Shown: positions 10,177 through 19,880 of the stretch, piece by piece
Position numbering within the stretch: the stretch's first letter is position 1
How the letters are laid out: every line of letters starts with the position of its first letter
Source: an uncultured candidate division Zixibacteria bacterium
GTDB lineage: Bacteria > Zixibacteria > MSB-5A5 > RBG-16-43-9
Reading direction: 5' to 3'
DNA: 64,000 nt
Assembly (NCBI GenBank): GCA_963713865.1
Contig: OY970208.1
Location: forward strand, 2,336,001-2,400,000
Made by a program: the position numbers and the translations under genes
Notes under the pieces: generated by a model
The model's input: the letters and a program-made list of their open reading frames with translations, nothing else
Databases searched by the model: none
What the model was told of the DNA's origin: nothing

Positions 10177-11574
10177 ATGTCTAACGCAAAGCTTAAAGCT
10201 GAGAGCAGACTGCAGCACCTGTTATTAAGAATGGGAGTAATCCTTTTTCTGCTAATAGTGTTGACACTGTTTGGATTGTTCATGAAATCTGCACAGGCAC
10301 AAGCACCCTCGCAAACTCCGCCTGACAGGATAATTGACGCTCAGTTTCAACAGGAGGTCATCGACAGCGTCTCAAAGTCATTGAATGAAGTCTATGTTTT
10401 TCCGGAGGTAGCAAAGGAGATGGAGAAATATCTCCGCCAGCAGTATGGTGATGGAAAATACAAAGACCTGACCAGCCTGGAGCAATTCTGTCAGAAGCTC
10501 ACCCAGGATCTTCAGGAGATAAGTAAGGATAGGCATCTTAGAGTCGTGTTCGCCTCTGAGGAGATGATTGCTCAGTTTGAGGGTGATACACTCACGGATG
10601 AAGGTAAAAAAAGAGAGCTTGAGCAAAGACGTCGGGATAACTTCTGCTTCAAACAGATAAAACTTCTGGAAGGAAATATCGGCTATCTTGATTTCCGCTG
10701 TTTTTCAGAAGCTGCAGATGCAGGACCTACTGCCGTTGCTGCTATGAATTTCTTGGCCTATTCGGATGCTATCATCTTCGATCTGCGTCAGAATGGAGGC
10801 GGCTCTCCCAGTATGATCCAGCTTATCTCCAGTTATCTTTTCAAGGAACCGACTCATCTCAACAGTTTCTATATCCGCAAGTCAGATTCTATCAATCAGT
10901 TCTGGACCCAGGCGTATGTTGAAGGTCCTCGGCTGACAGATGTGGATGTCTATGTCCTTACCAGCAGTTACACTTTTTCCGGGGCAGAGGAATTCACTTA
11001 CAACCTCAAGAACTTAAAAAGAGGCACAATTATCGGGGAAACCACCGGCGGTGGAGCGCACCCAATCGATTATAAGATCTTTCACCATCTTAATGTTGGC
11101 ATGAGCCTGCCCTTTGGCAGGGCAATCAATCCCATAACCGGAACCAACTGGGAGGGAACAGGAATAACTCCTGATATTGAAGTTCCACAGGAGAAGGCAC
11201 TGGATGTAGCCCATCTCAGAGCACTGGAGAAATTGCTGGAAAAAGCCAAAGACCCCAAACGCCAGGCTGAGCTTAAATGGGCAATAGAGGGCAAAAAGAT
11301 ATTGCTCAATCCAGTAACAATCGAGAAAGGCAAGTTAAAGGTGTATGTGGGCGAGTATGGTCCCAGAAAAATCTCGATTGAAAATGGAGACTTATATTAC
11401 CAGCGTGAGAATAGACCTAAATACAAGCTCATACCCATGGGAAATCACTGGTTTATGCTGGATGGTTTGGATTATTTCCGGATTCAATTCGTAGTGGATG
11501 AGAAGGGCAAAGCCACTGAGCTGATCGGTTATTATTCCAGCGGACCTGCGGACAGTAATAAACGCGGTAAATAA
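10177..11574 (+). CDS. Exported S41-family (IRBP-like) peptidase
   Basis: Signal peptide, GNIGYLDF, DLRQNGGGS, TFSGAEEF, GETTGGGAHP. Confidence 0.88.
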   Translation: MSNAKLKAESRLQHLLLRMGVILFLLIVLTLFGLFMKSAQAQAPSQTPPDRIIDAQFQQEVIDSVSKSLNEVYVFPEVAKEMEKYLRQQYGDGKYKDLTSLEQFCQKLTQDLQEISKDRHLRVVFASEEMIAQFEGDTLTDEGKKRELEQRRRDNFCFKQIKLLEGNIGYLDFRCFSEAADAGPTAVAAMNFLAYSDAIIFDLRQNGGGSPSMIQLISSYLFKEPTHLNSFYIRKSDSINQFWTQAYVEGPRLTDVDVYVLTSSYTFSGAEEFTYNLKNLKRGTIIGETTGGGAHPIDYKIFHHLNVGMSLPFGRAINPITGTNWEGTGITPDIEVPQEKALDVAHLRALEKLLEKAKDPKRQAELKWAIEGKKILLNPVTIEKGKLKVYVGEYGPRKISIENGDLYYQRENRPKYKLIPMGNHWFMLDGLDYFRIQFVVDEKGKATELIGYYSSGPADSNKRGK

Positions 11575-11901
11575 CAAATTCTTCAGAGACGCATCGCATG
11601 CGTCTTTACGCGTCTTTGCATTTGCTCGATTTATCGAGCCCGGATGGACCCCATAAATTGGGCAGCTACAGATTGATGCAGATTTTTTCGTAGCGACGCA
11701 TAGTTATGCGTCTCCACACCTCTTGAGTAATCTTGCTATAGTCAAACTCGATCCAAGCTCCAAACTAACAAACGAACAAACTGTTTTAAGAGAGGGTTAG
11801 GTTGAAAATCCCGCCAAAGGCGGGGTGAGTTTACGCCCCTACCATAAAAAAAAATCACCCCGCCACAGGCAAGGGGATTTAATCTATTGGTAAATCCGGG
11901 C

Positions 11902-11938
11902 AAAAAGAACCCCGCCCCGATTTTAATCAGGGCGGGGG
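11902..11938 (-). terminator. Intrinsic terminator after dockerin protein A
   Basis: CCCCGCCCTGAT-TAAA-ATCGGGGCGGGG followed by TTCTTTTT on the minus strand. Confidence 0.7.
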
Positions 11939-11976
11939 ACAATCTCCTTCTCAATCACAAGATTCATCCTGAGGGT

Positions 11977-14955
11977 TTAACAAGGACAGTTCACGCATGG
12001 TATGGGACCACCCTTGAAAAGGTAGTTAATGAGGTAGATAACATCCGCAACATTCACCTTGCCATCGCAGTTAACATCGCTATTCTTTAGTGGGAGTGGG
12101 CCTCCTTTGTAGAGATAATTAATCAAGTAGATGACGTCGTCGACCAAAACTTTATCATCTCCATTAGCATCTCCACACCTATCCACTAAACGAGCCCAGT
12201 TCGGGTCCCCAAACAGACCAGGATTCCGGATCCCAAATGCCTTATATGCTGGATCCACTGATGGTGATTTGTCAAGCCATCTGTTATAATCAATCGGTGC
12301 AGGTCCGCCTGTATTGACAAAGGCAGTCAGATAGGTTACGTCAGCTTGGTTAACGAGACCATCGCCGTTAACGTCTCCCTGATCTGCAAATTCTACTGGT
12401 GACGGCCCGCCTGCGTTTACATAAGCGTTCAAGTACGCTATGTCTTTCGCATCGCACCTGGTATCCTTGTTGACATCACCACGGTAGAACCCTTCCTGAT
12501 GTAATACCTTATAGAGGAAGCATTTCCAGGCTAAATCGCCACCTGAAGCAGAACCCCACTTCAGCCACTTCTCTACCCGGATTCCACCAGCCGGTAAGTC
12601 AAAGCTGCCGTCAGCTATGATGACAGACTTATCCTCAGCTATAGTTGGATCATCCATACCCCAGCCCAGGTTATCCATCCAGTATTTCAGAGAATCAACA
12701 TACTGGCCATCATAGACCCTGGCTGCCTGGCTGAAACCGTAACCGGTTATGGCATCATCACCGACTGTCTGCGGCTTCTTGGTAAATCCGAAGACTTTAG
12801 TCGGAGCGGCAACGTCATACATCCAAACAGATCTATGCTGTTGGTCATAACCAGCTAAATCGCCAGTTCCACCTGTGGATACGTCAAAATCACACCACAT
12901 ACCAGTCTGTAAGCCAACAATAGGAACTGCGCTGGTGTTTTGCAGAACCAATACATCCTCTATAGCATACTCGCAGGCATCAGTTCCACCCTGCGGCACC
13001 CAGACTCCAAAGGCATACTCGGTAAGAGTCAGTCCATCGATGTACCGATGAGCAAATTGGCTGGTAAGCTGATAAACGAGGTAATCTCCAGCAGCTCCAG
13101 CTACAAAGAAGCTGTCCAGAACTGGAGGTCCTAACGGGTCAAAAGTCATCAGTGGTCTATAATCTCCATAGTCACAGCTCAAATCTGCCTGTGAGGTGCC
13201 AGCAATAAATGTCCCATAATAGAGACCATTCTGGAATCCGGCCCCAAAGTCAACGTAGAATGCTTCGATTCCACCATGGTTGTTGTTGATCTCCGCTGAA
13301 CTGCTTCCATCAACCTCTCCTGTCATCTCCCTCAGACCAGGACAAACCACTATCGCTTGCTCCACCTCTACCTGAACTGGTAGTGATGGATTATAAGTTC
13401 CATTATTGGGTAAAGGTCCGGCATTCTGGCCCTGGAAATCTGGCCAGGATAAGTTATAATCCGGAATCCAGACAACTCCACCCGGACTGGCTGAAGGCCA
13501 GGCTACAGAATACTTGTCATAACCTGTGGGAGTAGTAGCCGGGTCGCTGAAGGCAAAAGCGTAATTCATCCAATCAACTCCAGCTAAGGTGACAAAATGT
13601 CCACCAAACCTGGTCCAGGTAGCTCCGTCAAACTGCCAGAACCCTAAGAGCAGAACCACATCCTGACTGAGTCTCAACTGATACTGCAGATACCAGAAAT
13701 CAGGTGCATAAACTGTGGTCTCTGTGAACCACCAGCCGCCATGAGCTTTGATTACACTAATGAGAGCCGCCTCTAAGGCATCGCAGTTAGTCCCAAGAAT
13801 CGGGTCTGTGCCAGCCGAGTCTGCTACTTCATTGACCAGCGCAACCTCCATCCCTGGATCACAACCACCCCACCAAGGTGCAAATTGATTAGCAATACAG
13901 CCAAACCACCAGATTGAATTAGAACCTGCGACTGGGCCGCAATAGGCTGCACCATTATTGGGGAAGACTCCCTGATATTGATAGAAATCAGGCATACCAT
14001 CCTTGTAATACCAGTAATCCGGTGGAGGCACACAGGTGTTCTCAGGCCTGGTATAACCCTGAGTCCTTACCCTTATCGCTCCAGAACATATCGCGTTTGG
14101 AACTACATCAAACCAGCCGTAAGGTAGACCATATTCATAGTAAGGACCCCAATAGCTCTGTCCAACCCTGCCTGAGATATCGAATATCCAGGATTGATAA
14201 TCGGGTATAGCGTTTCCATCTGGACAATAGTCCGGATCCAAACGGTCATCTGTATTCACATAAACCATCACCGCAAACCAGGGCTCATAAAGACAGACCG
14301 GGCCTATGTTCAGGTAGGTCGTGACCGTACCACCGATAAGTGTCATCGTAGTATCCGTGCCAACAGCTATCGGAGCACCAGGATAAGGTAAACCGTCTAT
14401 GTAGACTACGCTCCAGATCTCCGGCCTGAAAACCACGGTGCAGGTATCAGTAGTGTTAAGTGCCATCGCCACCTTCCTTGCCTCAAAAGGATAGATCGGG
14501 TACGGGCATACAGCCATACCATAGCCGTTATTTTCAGGGTCTAAAAAGACAGCAGTACCTACCGCACCATAGCACCTTAAATAGGGATTATCAGGAGTGC
14601 TTCTATAGCAGCAAGGTAACACCTGATTGCCTATGGTGCAAAGGGTTGGGAAAAGCTCCTTTTCGGCTACATCTAAACCCTCAGCCGGCACATTTTCTAA
14701 CTTCCTCTGTTCCAGCATCTCCCGAGTTAGCCCCTTCTTTTCCAACATCAGCTTCTGGAAATCCTCCGTAGTCGGCTTAGTTGGTTTTACCTTGGGCAAT
14801 ACTACTGCTGGAAATGCCTCCGGTCCTGGCTCAGCTTTCTGGATCTGGGTCGGCTGTTGAACGTTCCCCTCGTTCTTCGCTTTTCCAAATGCGAAAACTG
14901 ACCACAGACTAAAGGCTAAAAGAATTACTAATACTACTAAAATACCTTTCTTCAT
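11977..14955 (-). CDS. Secreted papain/C39-like cysteine peptidase-domain protein with two dockerin-like modules (paralog A)
   Basis: Signal peptide; PDFYQ..YCGPVAGSNSIWW, GGHFVTLAG, FSDPA; tails GDVNKD/GDVNGD and CGDANGD/SDVNCD..DVIYLINYLFKGGP. Confidence 0.75.
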   Translation of the reverse strand: MKKGILVVLVILLAFSLWSVFAFGKAKNEGNVQQPTQIQKAEPGPEAFPAVVLPKVKPTKPTTEDFQKLMLEKKGLTREMLEQRKLENVPAEGLDVAEKELFPTLCTIGNQVLPCCYRSTPDNPYLRCYGAVGTAVFLDPENNGYGMAVCPYPIYPFEARKVAMALNTTDTCTVVFRPEIWSVVYIDGLPYPGAPIAVGTDTTMTLIGGTVTTYLNIGPVCLYEPWFAVMVYVNTDDRLDPDYCPDGNAIPDYQSWIFDISGRVGQSYWGPYYEYGLPYGWFDVVPNAICSGAIRVRTQGYTRPENTCVPPPDYWYYKDGMPDFYQYQGVFPNNGAAYCGPVAGSNSIWWFGCIANQFAPWWGGCDPGMEVALVNEVADSAGTDPILGTNCDALEAALISVIKAHGGWWFTETTVYAPDFWYLQYQLRLSQDVVLLLGFWQFDGATWTRFGGHFVTLAGVDWMNYAFAFSDPATTPTGYDKYSVAWPSASPGGVVWIPDYNLSWPDFQGQNAGPLPNNGTYNPSLPVQVEVEQAIVVCPGLREMTGEVDGSSSAEINNNHGGIEAFYVDFGAGFQNGLYYGTFIAGTSQADLSCDYGDYRPLMTFDPLGPPVLDSFFVAGAAGDYLVYQLTSQFAHRYIDGLTLTEYAFGVWVPQGGTDACEYAIEDVLVLQNTSAVPIVGLQTGMWCDFDVSTGGTGDLAGYDQQHRSVWMYDVAAPTKVFGFTKKPQTVGDDAITGYGFSQAARVYDGQYVDSLKYWMDNLGWGMDDPTIAEDKSVIIADGSFDLPAGGIRVEKWLKWGSASGGDLAWKCFLYKVLHQEGFYRGDVNKDTRCDAKDIAYLNAYVNAGGPSPVEFADQGDVNGDGLVNQADVTYLTAFVNTGGPAPIDYNRWLDKSPSVDPAYKAFGIRNPGLFGDPNWARLVDRCGDANGDDKVLVDDVIYLINYLYKGGPLPLKNSDVNCDGKVNVADVIYLINYLFKGGPIPCVNCPC
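12555..14955 (-). repeat. Left arm of ~2.4-kb inverted repeat (partner 19881-22280)
   Basis: Colinear high DNA identity from the ATG to KWLKWG; 13232-13454 is the exact reverse complement of 21382-21604 (223 bp). Confidence 0.9.
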
Positions 14956-15025
14956 TTGTTTTCCTCCTTAGAAAAATCAAAGGTGAAATTTTAATTTCAT
15001 TTCTGCTTTTTTCTTACCCCTGGCA

Positions 15026-15036
15026 CTCACCTCCTT
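15026..15036 (-). promoter_or_regulatory. Orphan extended Shine-Dalgarno AAGGAGGTGAG
   Basis: 70 nt upstream of the paralog A ATG, which has its own AAGGAGG. Confidence 0.5.
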
Positions 15037-15230
15037 AATTAGTCCCCTTTTCTCTAAAAAGATTTGAGTTGTAAATCATGTTAACAGATACTCGTATTCT
15101 ATCTAATAAAAAATTAGATAGACTTCTACCCAAGAGGTTATTGATTAAGATTTAAAATCTTAGAAGGGTTAAAACCAACTCTCTGAAGTTGATATCTGCC
15201 AACCACGGAACAGACATCAACTCATAATAC

Positions 15231-15257
15231 TTATCGGCATTAGCCAGATGGCTTTTA
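15231..15257 (-). promoter_or_regulatory. Sigma-28-like promoter (perfect consensus)
   Basis: TAAA-AGCCATCTGGCTAAT-GCCGATAA (15-nt spacer); a TTGACA sigma-70-like -35 lies at 15289-15294. Confidence 0.65.
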
Positions 15258-15686
15258 GCCAATTATAATATATAAGTTAGATTGAATTTGTCAAGAGAAA
15301 AATTCAAAAAAAGTCATATTATTTTAATGAAAACCTATGGGCTTAAGTTAAGGTAAATTAATAGATTGGGAATATTGAGGTTTTAACCCTTACTTTTAAA
15401 GCTCTTCTCTTTAAATGTCTGATACCTGAACTATGGTAAGACCTATATTACTTAATGAGATACCTGTTACCGGATAATATATTATTATGTGAGGTTTCTG
15501 AAAAACACATTTTGCGGGACAGGTCCGCCGCAGACGCCTGCGTAAGCCTAAGGTGCTTATTTTCCGTCCTATAGATGGATCCGGAGCAAGCCCCCGCAGG
15601 GCAGGCTAAATCGGGCACACCTGTCCAAACGGATCCTTCTGGACCCGACCCCATTCACATTTACTTTTTCAGAGCTCTCTCTACAA

Positions 15687-17792
15687 TTAATCGGTTTTGG
15701 GGAATCTTATCTTATCCTCAGCCGGGGGAAGGTCTTTTGAGGGATGGAGGTTACAGTATTCCTTAGGTTCGGATTTATCTGTAAATAAATCTGTAGCAGT
15801 ATCTGGACATCTGCTTGTGGCTAAAAGCCCGCTTTTCAAACAAACAGTTCTTAAGAAAACCCCTTCAGGTTTTTGAAAACCCGAAGCTTCCATTTTTGAA
15901 GTGGCCGATTTCATAAATTCCGTCCAGATCGGTAAGGCTACTTCCGCCCCGGTTCCATGTTTACCTAAAGTGGTTTTATCATCAAAACCCACCCAGACTC
16001 CCACAGTTATCTGAGGAGTAAAACCGATAAACCAGGTATCCATATATTCGTCTGTTGTGCCGGTCTTACCTCCAGCCGGCCTGTCAAACCCCCACAGACG
16101 TGCAGCATATCCTGTGCCCTGGTCTATAACTGTCTGTAACATAGAGGTCATTACATAAGCAGTCTGAGGGTCTAAAACTTCCTGTTTTTTGACCTGAGTG
16201 TTTTTTTCTAAAATTTTTCCATACCTGTCTTTTATCTGGAGGAAAAATCTCGGCTCTACCCTTACACCCCCATTTGGGAAAACAGAGTAAGCATCAGTAA
16301 GCTCTAAAAGGGTTACCTCAGAGGTACCTAAAGCTATCGAAGGATAAGGGGCAAGGTAAGAGCTAATCCCTAATTGATGAGCATATTTAATCGCCTCTTC
16401 TGGAGTTATTTTCTGCACAAGTTTGACTGAGATGATATTTCTGGAGATTCTCAAACCTTCCCTGAGAGTCATTGGTCCCCTGAAAGTATTGTCGTAATTC
16501 TCCGGCCTCCATTCCGTTCCATCACCAGCCTGAAGAACAACCGGAGTATCATAGATTATATCCGTGGGATTATAACCGCTCTCTAATGCCGCGGTCCAGA
16601 CAAAAGGTTTGAAAGCTGAGCCTGGTTGTCTCAGAGCTTGAATTGCGCGATTGAACTCGCTTTTGGTGAAATCTTTCCCTCCAGCCATTGCCAGAATATT
16701 CCCATTCTGATTATCTAGTGCCACTAAAGCGACTTGCAATTCTTTAAACACTCTTCTCTTTCTAACCTTTCCATTCAGGGTATCGACTACAACTGTAGTG
16801 TAATCCTTATCTTTTAAAGTATGGCTGGATTCAAAGTTTTTCTGCAATAGGGCTAATTGAGATTTAACGATTTCATCTGTAGTTCTCTGCATATCTGAAT
16901 TCAGGGTAGTATAGACCAGGAGTCCCCCGCTGTAAAGGCTTTTCTCCCCATATTTATCTATGAGATATTGCCTGACCATTTCGCAGAAATAGGAGCCCAG
17001 ACCAACTTTTAGAGAGGAAGGTTTAAGATGTAGTGGAAGGACTTTTAAGCTGTCATATTCTGGCTCTCTCAACTTTCCATAATCGACCATCGCCTTCAGA
17101 ACTGAATTTCTTCGACCTAAAGCTAAATCTGGATACTTTAAAGGGGTATATCTATTGGGAGATGGCAAAACCCCGACTAAAAGGGCACATTCGGGTAAAT
17201 TTAAATTCTTGGCATCCTTGCTGAAAAAAACCTGCGCCGCGGCCTCAATACCGTAAGCCCCTTCTCCAAAATAGCACTGGTTAAGATACATTTCTAAGAT
17301 CTCATCCTTGGAATAGGTCCTCTCGATCTTTATAGCAGTTAAAGCCTCCTTGATCTTGCGGGTTAAAGTTCTCTCTGGGGTTAAGAAGAGTGTTCGGGAT
17401 AACTGTTGAGTAATGGTTGAAGCGCCCTGGATCTTCTTAAGGTGTAGAAGGGCAGTTGTCAGAGCACGGGCTGTTCCGGTAAGATCGATACCCCAGTGAG
17501 AATAGAATTTTCTATCTTCAGCCGCCAAAAGAGCATCTACTAAATAAGAGGGCATTTCTTTTAAGGGGATTAAAGTCCTTCTTTCTGTATAAAACTCTTT
17601 TATCAGTTTTCCATCAGCCGCATAGAGTTTGGTAGAGAGATTTGGCTCTATATTATGTAACTGAGCTAAAGAAGGGAGGTCTTTCTTATAGGTCTTATAG
17701 GTCTTAGTCAATAAAATGGTAAGTAACGTAAAAATTAATATAATAACCGCAAGCAATATATAAAATTTCTTTTTATCTTTTATCTTAAACAT
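15687..17792 (-). CDS. mrcA: Class A penicillin-binding protein 1A
   Basis: TM anchor, AEDRKFYSH, GASTITQQL, RKIKE, RQPGSAFKP (SxxK), SRN, GKTGT. Confidence 0.93.
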   Translation of the reverse strand: MFKIKDKKKFYILLAVIILIFTLLTILLTKTYKTYKKDLPSLAQLHNIEPNLSTKLYAADGKLIKEFYTERRTLIPLKEMPSYLVDALLAAEDRKFYSHWGIDLTGTARALTTALLHLKKIQGASTITQQLSRTLFLTPERTLTRKIKEALTAIKIERTYSKDEILEMYLNQCYFGEGAYGIEAAAQVFFSKDAKNLNLPECALLVGVLPSPNRYTPLKYPDLALGRRNSVLKAMVDYGKLREPEYDSLKVLPLHLKPSSLKVGLGSYFCEMVRQYLIDKYGEKSLYSGGLLVYTTLNSDMQRTTDEIVKSQLALLQKNFESSHTLKDKDYTTVVVDTLNGKVRKRRVFKELQVALVALDNQNGNILAMAGGKDFTKSEFNRAIQALRQPGSAFKPFVWTAALESGYNPTDIIYDTPVVLQAGDGTEWRPENYDNTFRGPMTLREGLRISRNIISVKLVQKITPEEAIKYAHQLGISSYLAPYPSIALGTSEVTLLELTDAYSVFPNGGVRVEPRFFLQIKDRYGKILEKNTQVKKQEVLDPQTAYVMTSMLQTVIDQGTGYAARLWGFDRPAGGKTGTTDEYMDTWFIGFTPQITVGVWVGFDDKTTLGKHGTGAEVALPIWTEFMKSATSKMEASGFQKPEGVFLRTVCLKSGLLATSRCPDTATDLFTDKSEPKEYCNLHPSKDLPPAEDKIRFPKTD

Positions 17793-18102
17793 AGTTTCAA
17801 TTTATAATATTTATTCAAGTAGTGTCAAGGAAAATCCAGTTCAAAAAATTCAGGTAAATTTTTGTTAGTTGTCTGCTGGACGACTCTATCTTCGTTGGTG
17901 AGAGCACCAGCGAAGAGCAAAGGGCAAAACTATCCGCCTCTCTGGCTGGGGCAGGGCATTTGCCCTGCCCGACTTTTGAGCTCCACCAAAAGTGGATTTG
18001 GCTTGATTTTTGTCTAAAAATAATTATATATATAAACCAAATGGTTTTCCGATTTCGGATTCATAAGGACTAACTTTAATAACTACGTTAGCAGGAGGCC
18101 GG

Positions 18103-19317
18103 ATGTTAGGAGTAAAAGAGCAGTTAGAATTGATAAGCAGGGGTGCAGTTGAGATTATCCCGGAAGAGGAGCTTATCAAAAAACTGGAACGTTCCATCAA
18201 AGAGAATAAACCCCTCAGGATAAAAATGGGATTCGACCCTACTGCTCCGGACATTCATTTGGGACATACGGTAGGGATCAGGAAACTGAAACAGTTCCAG
18301 GAGCTGGATCATCAAATCGTGCTGATCATCGGGGATTACACCGGGATGGTAGGTGACCCCTCCGGACGTTCTGAGACCAGACCTCAGTTAAGTTATGATG
18401 AAGTTAAAACCAATGCTAAGACTTATCAAATCCAATTTTTTAAAATCCTGGATAAAAAGAAAACCGAAGTCCATTTTAACGGAGAATGGTTCTCTAAAAT
18501 GAGCTTTCAGGAAGTAATGAGTTTAGCTTCTAAATTTACTTTAGCCCGTATCCTGGAAAGGGACGATTTTGCGGAAAGGTATAAAGAGCAAAACCCCATT
18601 AGCCTGCATGAGCTTTTCTATCCGGTAATGCAGGGATACGATTCAGTAGCCATAAAAGCAGACCTGGAGATCGGAGCAACTGAGCAGAAATTTAATCTAT
18701 TAACTGCCCGGCAGATTCAGGAACAATTTGGTCAGGAGCCACAGATTATTTTAACTCTGCCAGTATTGCCTGGAATAGATGGAGTCCAGAGGATGAGCAA
18801 ATCGACCGGGAATTACATCGGGATTGATGAGCCAGCCAATGAAATCTTCGGCAAGATAATGTCTATCCCGGATGAATTAATCTATCTTTACTTTGAACTC
18901 TTAACCGATACTCCTGAAGACGAAATCAAAAAGATTAAGAAGGATTTAGAAAAAAAAGAAGTCAACCCGATGAGCTGGAAGAAAATATTGGGCTTTGAGA
19001 TTGTGAAATTGTATCATAATCAAAAGGAGGCAGAAAAAGCTCAGGCAGAATTTGAAAAAGTTTTCACAAAGAAGGAATTGCCAGAAAAAATCGAAGTTTT
19101 TCATCTAAAATCTGAAAAGCCAGAGATCTGGATTGTAAAATTATTAACCGAAACCAGGCTCTGTTCCTCTTCTTCCGAAGCCCGCAGATTGATCAAGCAG
19201 GGAGGGGTCTATATAGATAATCAAAGAGTAGAGGATGAAAATTTCCAGGTAAAAATCAAAGGAGAAAAACTATTAAGGGTAGGTAAAAGGAAATTTTTGA
19301 AAGTGTCAGGAGAATAA
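18103..19317 (+). CDS. tyrS: Tyrosine--tRNA ligase
   Basis: GFDPTAPDIHLGH, YPVMQGYD, RMSKS, C-terminal S4 domain. Confidence 0.97.
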   Translation: MLGVKEQLELISRGAVEIIPEEELIKKLERSIKENKPLRIKMGFDPTAPDIHLGHTVGIRKLKQFQELDHQIVLIIGDYTGMVGDPSGRSETRPQLSYDEVKTNAKTYQIQFFKILDKKKTEVHFNGEWFSKMSFQEVMSLASKFTLARILERDDFAERYKEQNPISLHELFYPVMQGYDSVAIKADLEIGATEQKFNLLTARQIQEQFGQEPQIILTLPVLPGIDGVQRMSKSTGNYIGIDEPANEIFGKIMSIPDELIYLYFELLTDTPEDEIKKIKKDLEKKEVNPMSWKKILGFEIVKLYHNQKEAEKAQAEFEKVFTKKELPEKIEVFHLKSEKPEIWIVKLLTETRLCSSSSEARRLIKQGGVYIDNQRVEDENFQVKIKGEKLLRVGKRKFLKVSGE

Positions 19318-19620
19318 GCTGAAGCTGTTCAAAACCGTAATGCCCGTAAGGCGTTTTAATTGACCCCACTCTATCCCTCCCCTATAGGGGAGGGTATTTC
19401 TATTCCCTCTCCTCAAAGGAGAGGGTCAGGATAAGGTTATCCTCACTCTCCTGCAACCGGTCTCACATTTACTATTTTTCCTTACAAAATATTTTTCCCC
19501 TTCACATCAAGTCCACCTGACAACCACCCGGAAGATATATTACAGTTTCTAAAATTTCACCTCTACTGAAAATCTACCGATAATATTTGGCTAAAAACTC
19601 CTGGAATTTTATTTTTTTCC

Positions 19621-19649
19621 TTGACAACAATTATTAAAGATTTTATTTT
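19621..19649 (+). promoter_or_regulatory. Sigma-70-like promoter of paralog B
   Basis: TTGACA-17nt-TATTTT. Confidence 0.45.
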
Positions 19650-19804
19650 GAATTTTAATTGAGAGAAAAGGACTTTAATGGAATAAAGTAAAGAGAGGGA
19701 GAGTTTAAGATTTTCCTCGAGCTGTCCAACCAGGTAAAATTCTCCGACAAAAAAGAGTTCCCAATTCACCATTCATTCCTGGTCCGCTTTAAGCGGATCG
19801 GTCA

Positions 19805-19815
19805 AAGGAGGTGAG
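19805..19815 (+). promoter_or_regulatory. Orphan extended Shine-Dalgarno AAGGAGGTGAG
   Basis: 65 nt upstream of the paralog B ATG; no start codon at normal spacing after it. Confidence 0.5.
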
Positions 19816-19880
19816 TATCAAGGGCAAGTAGGAAGGAGAACCAAAACAAAATCTAACCTTTTTAAAAAGGAGGAAATAAA

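Noticed and set aside
17830-18102. T-box leader before tyrS
   Set aside because: No GGTGGNACCGCG T-box sequence; the hairpins belong to repeats also seen near 36835-36980.
19557-19583. Sigma-28 promoter for paralog B (ACCGATAA)
   Set aside because: No TAAA/TAAG -35 at 15-16 nt spacing.
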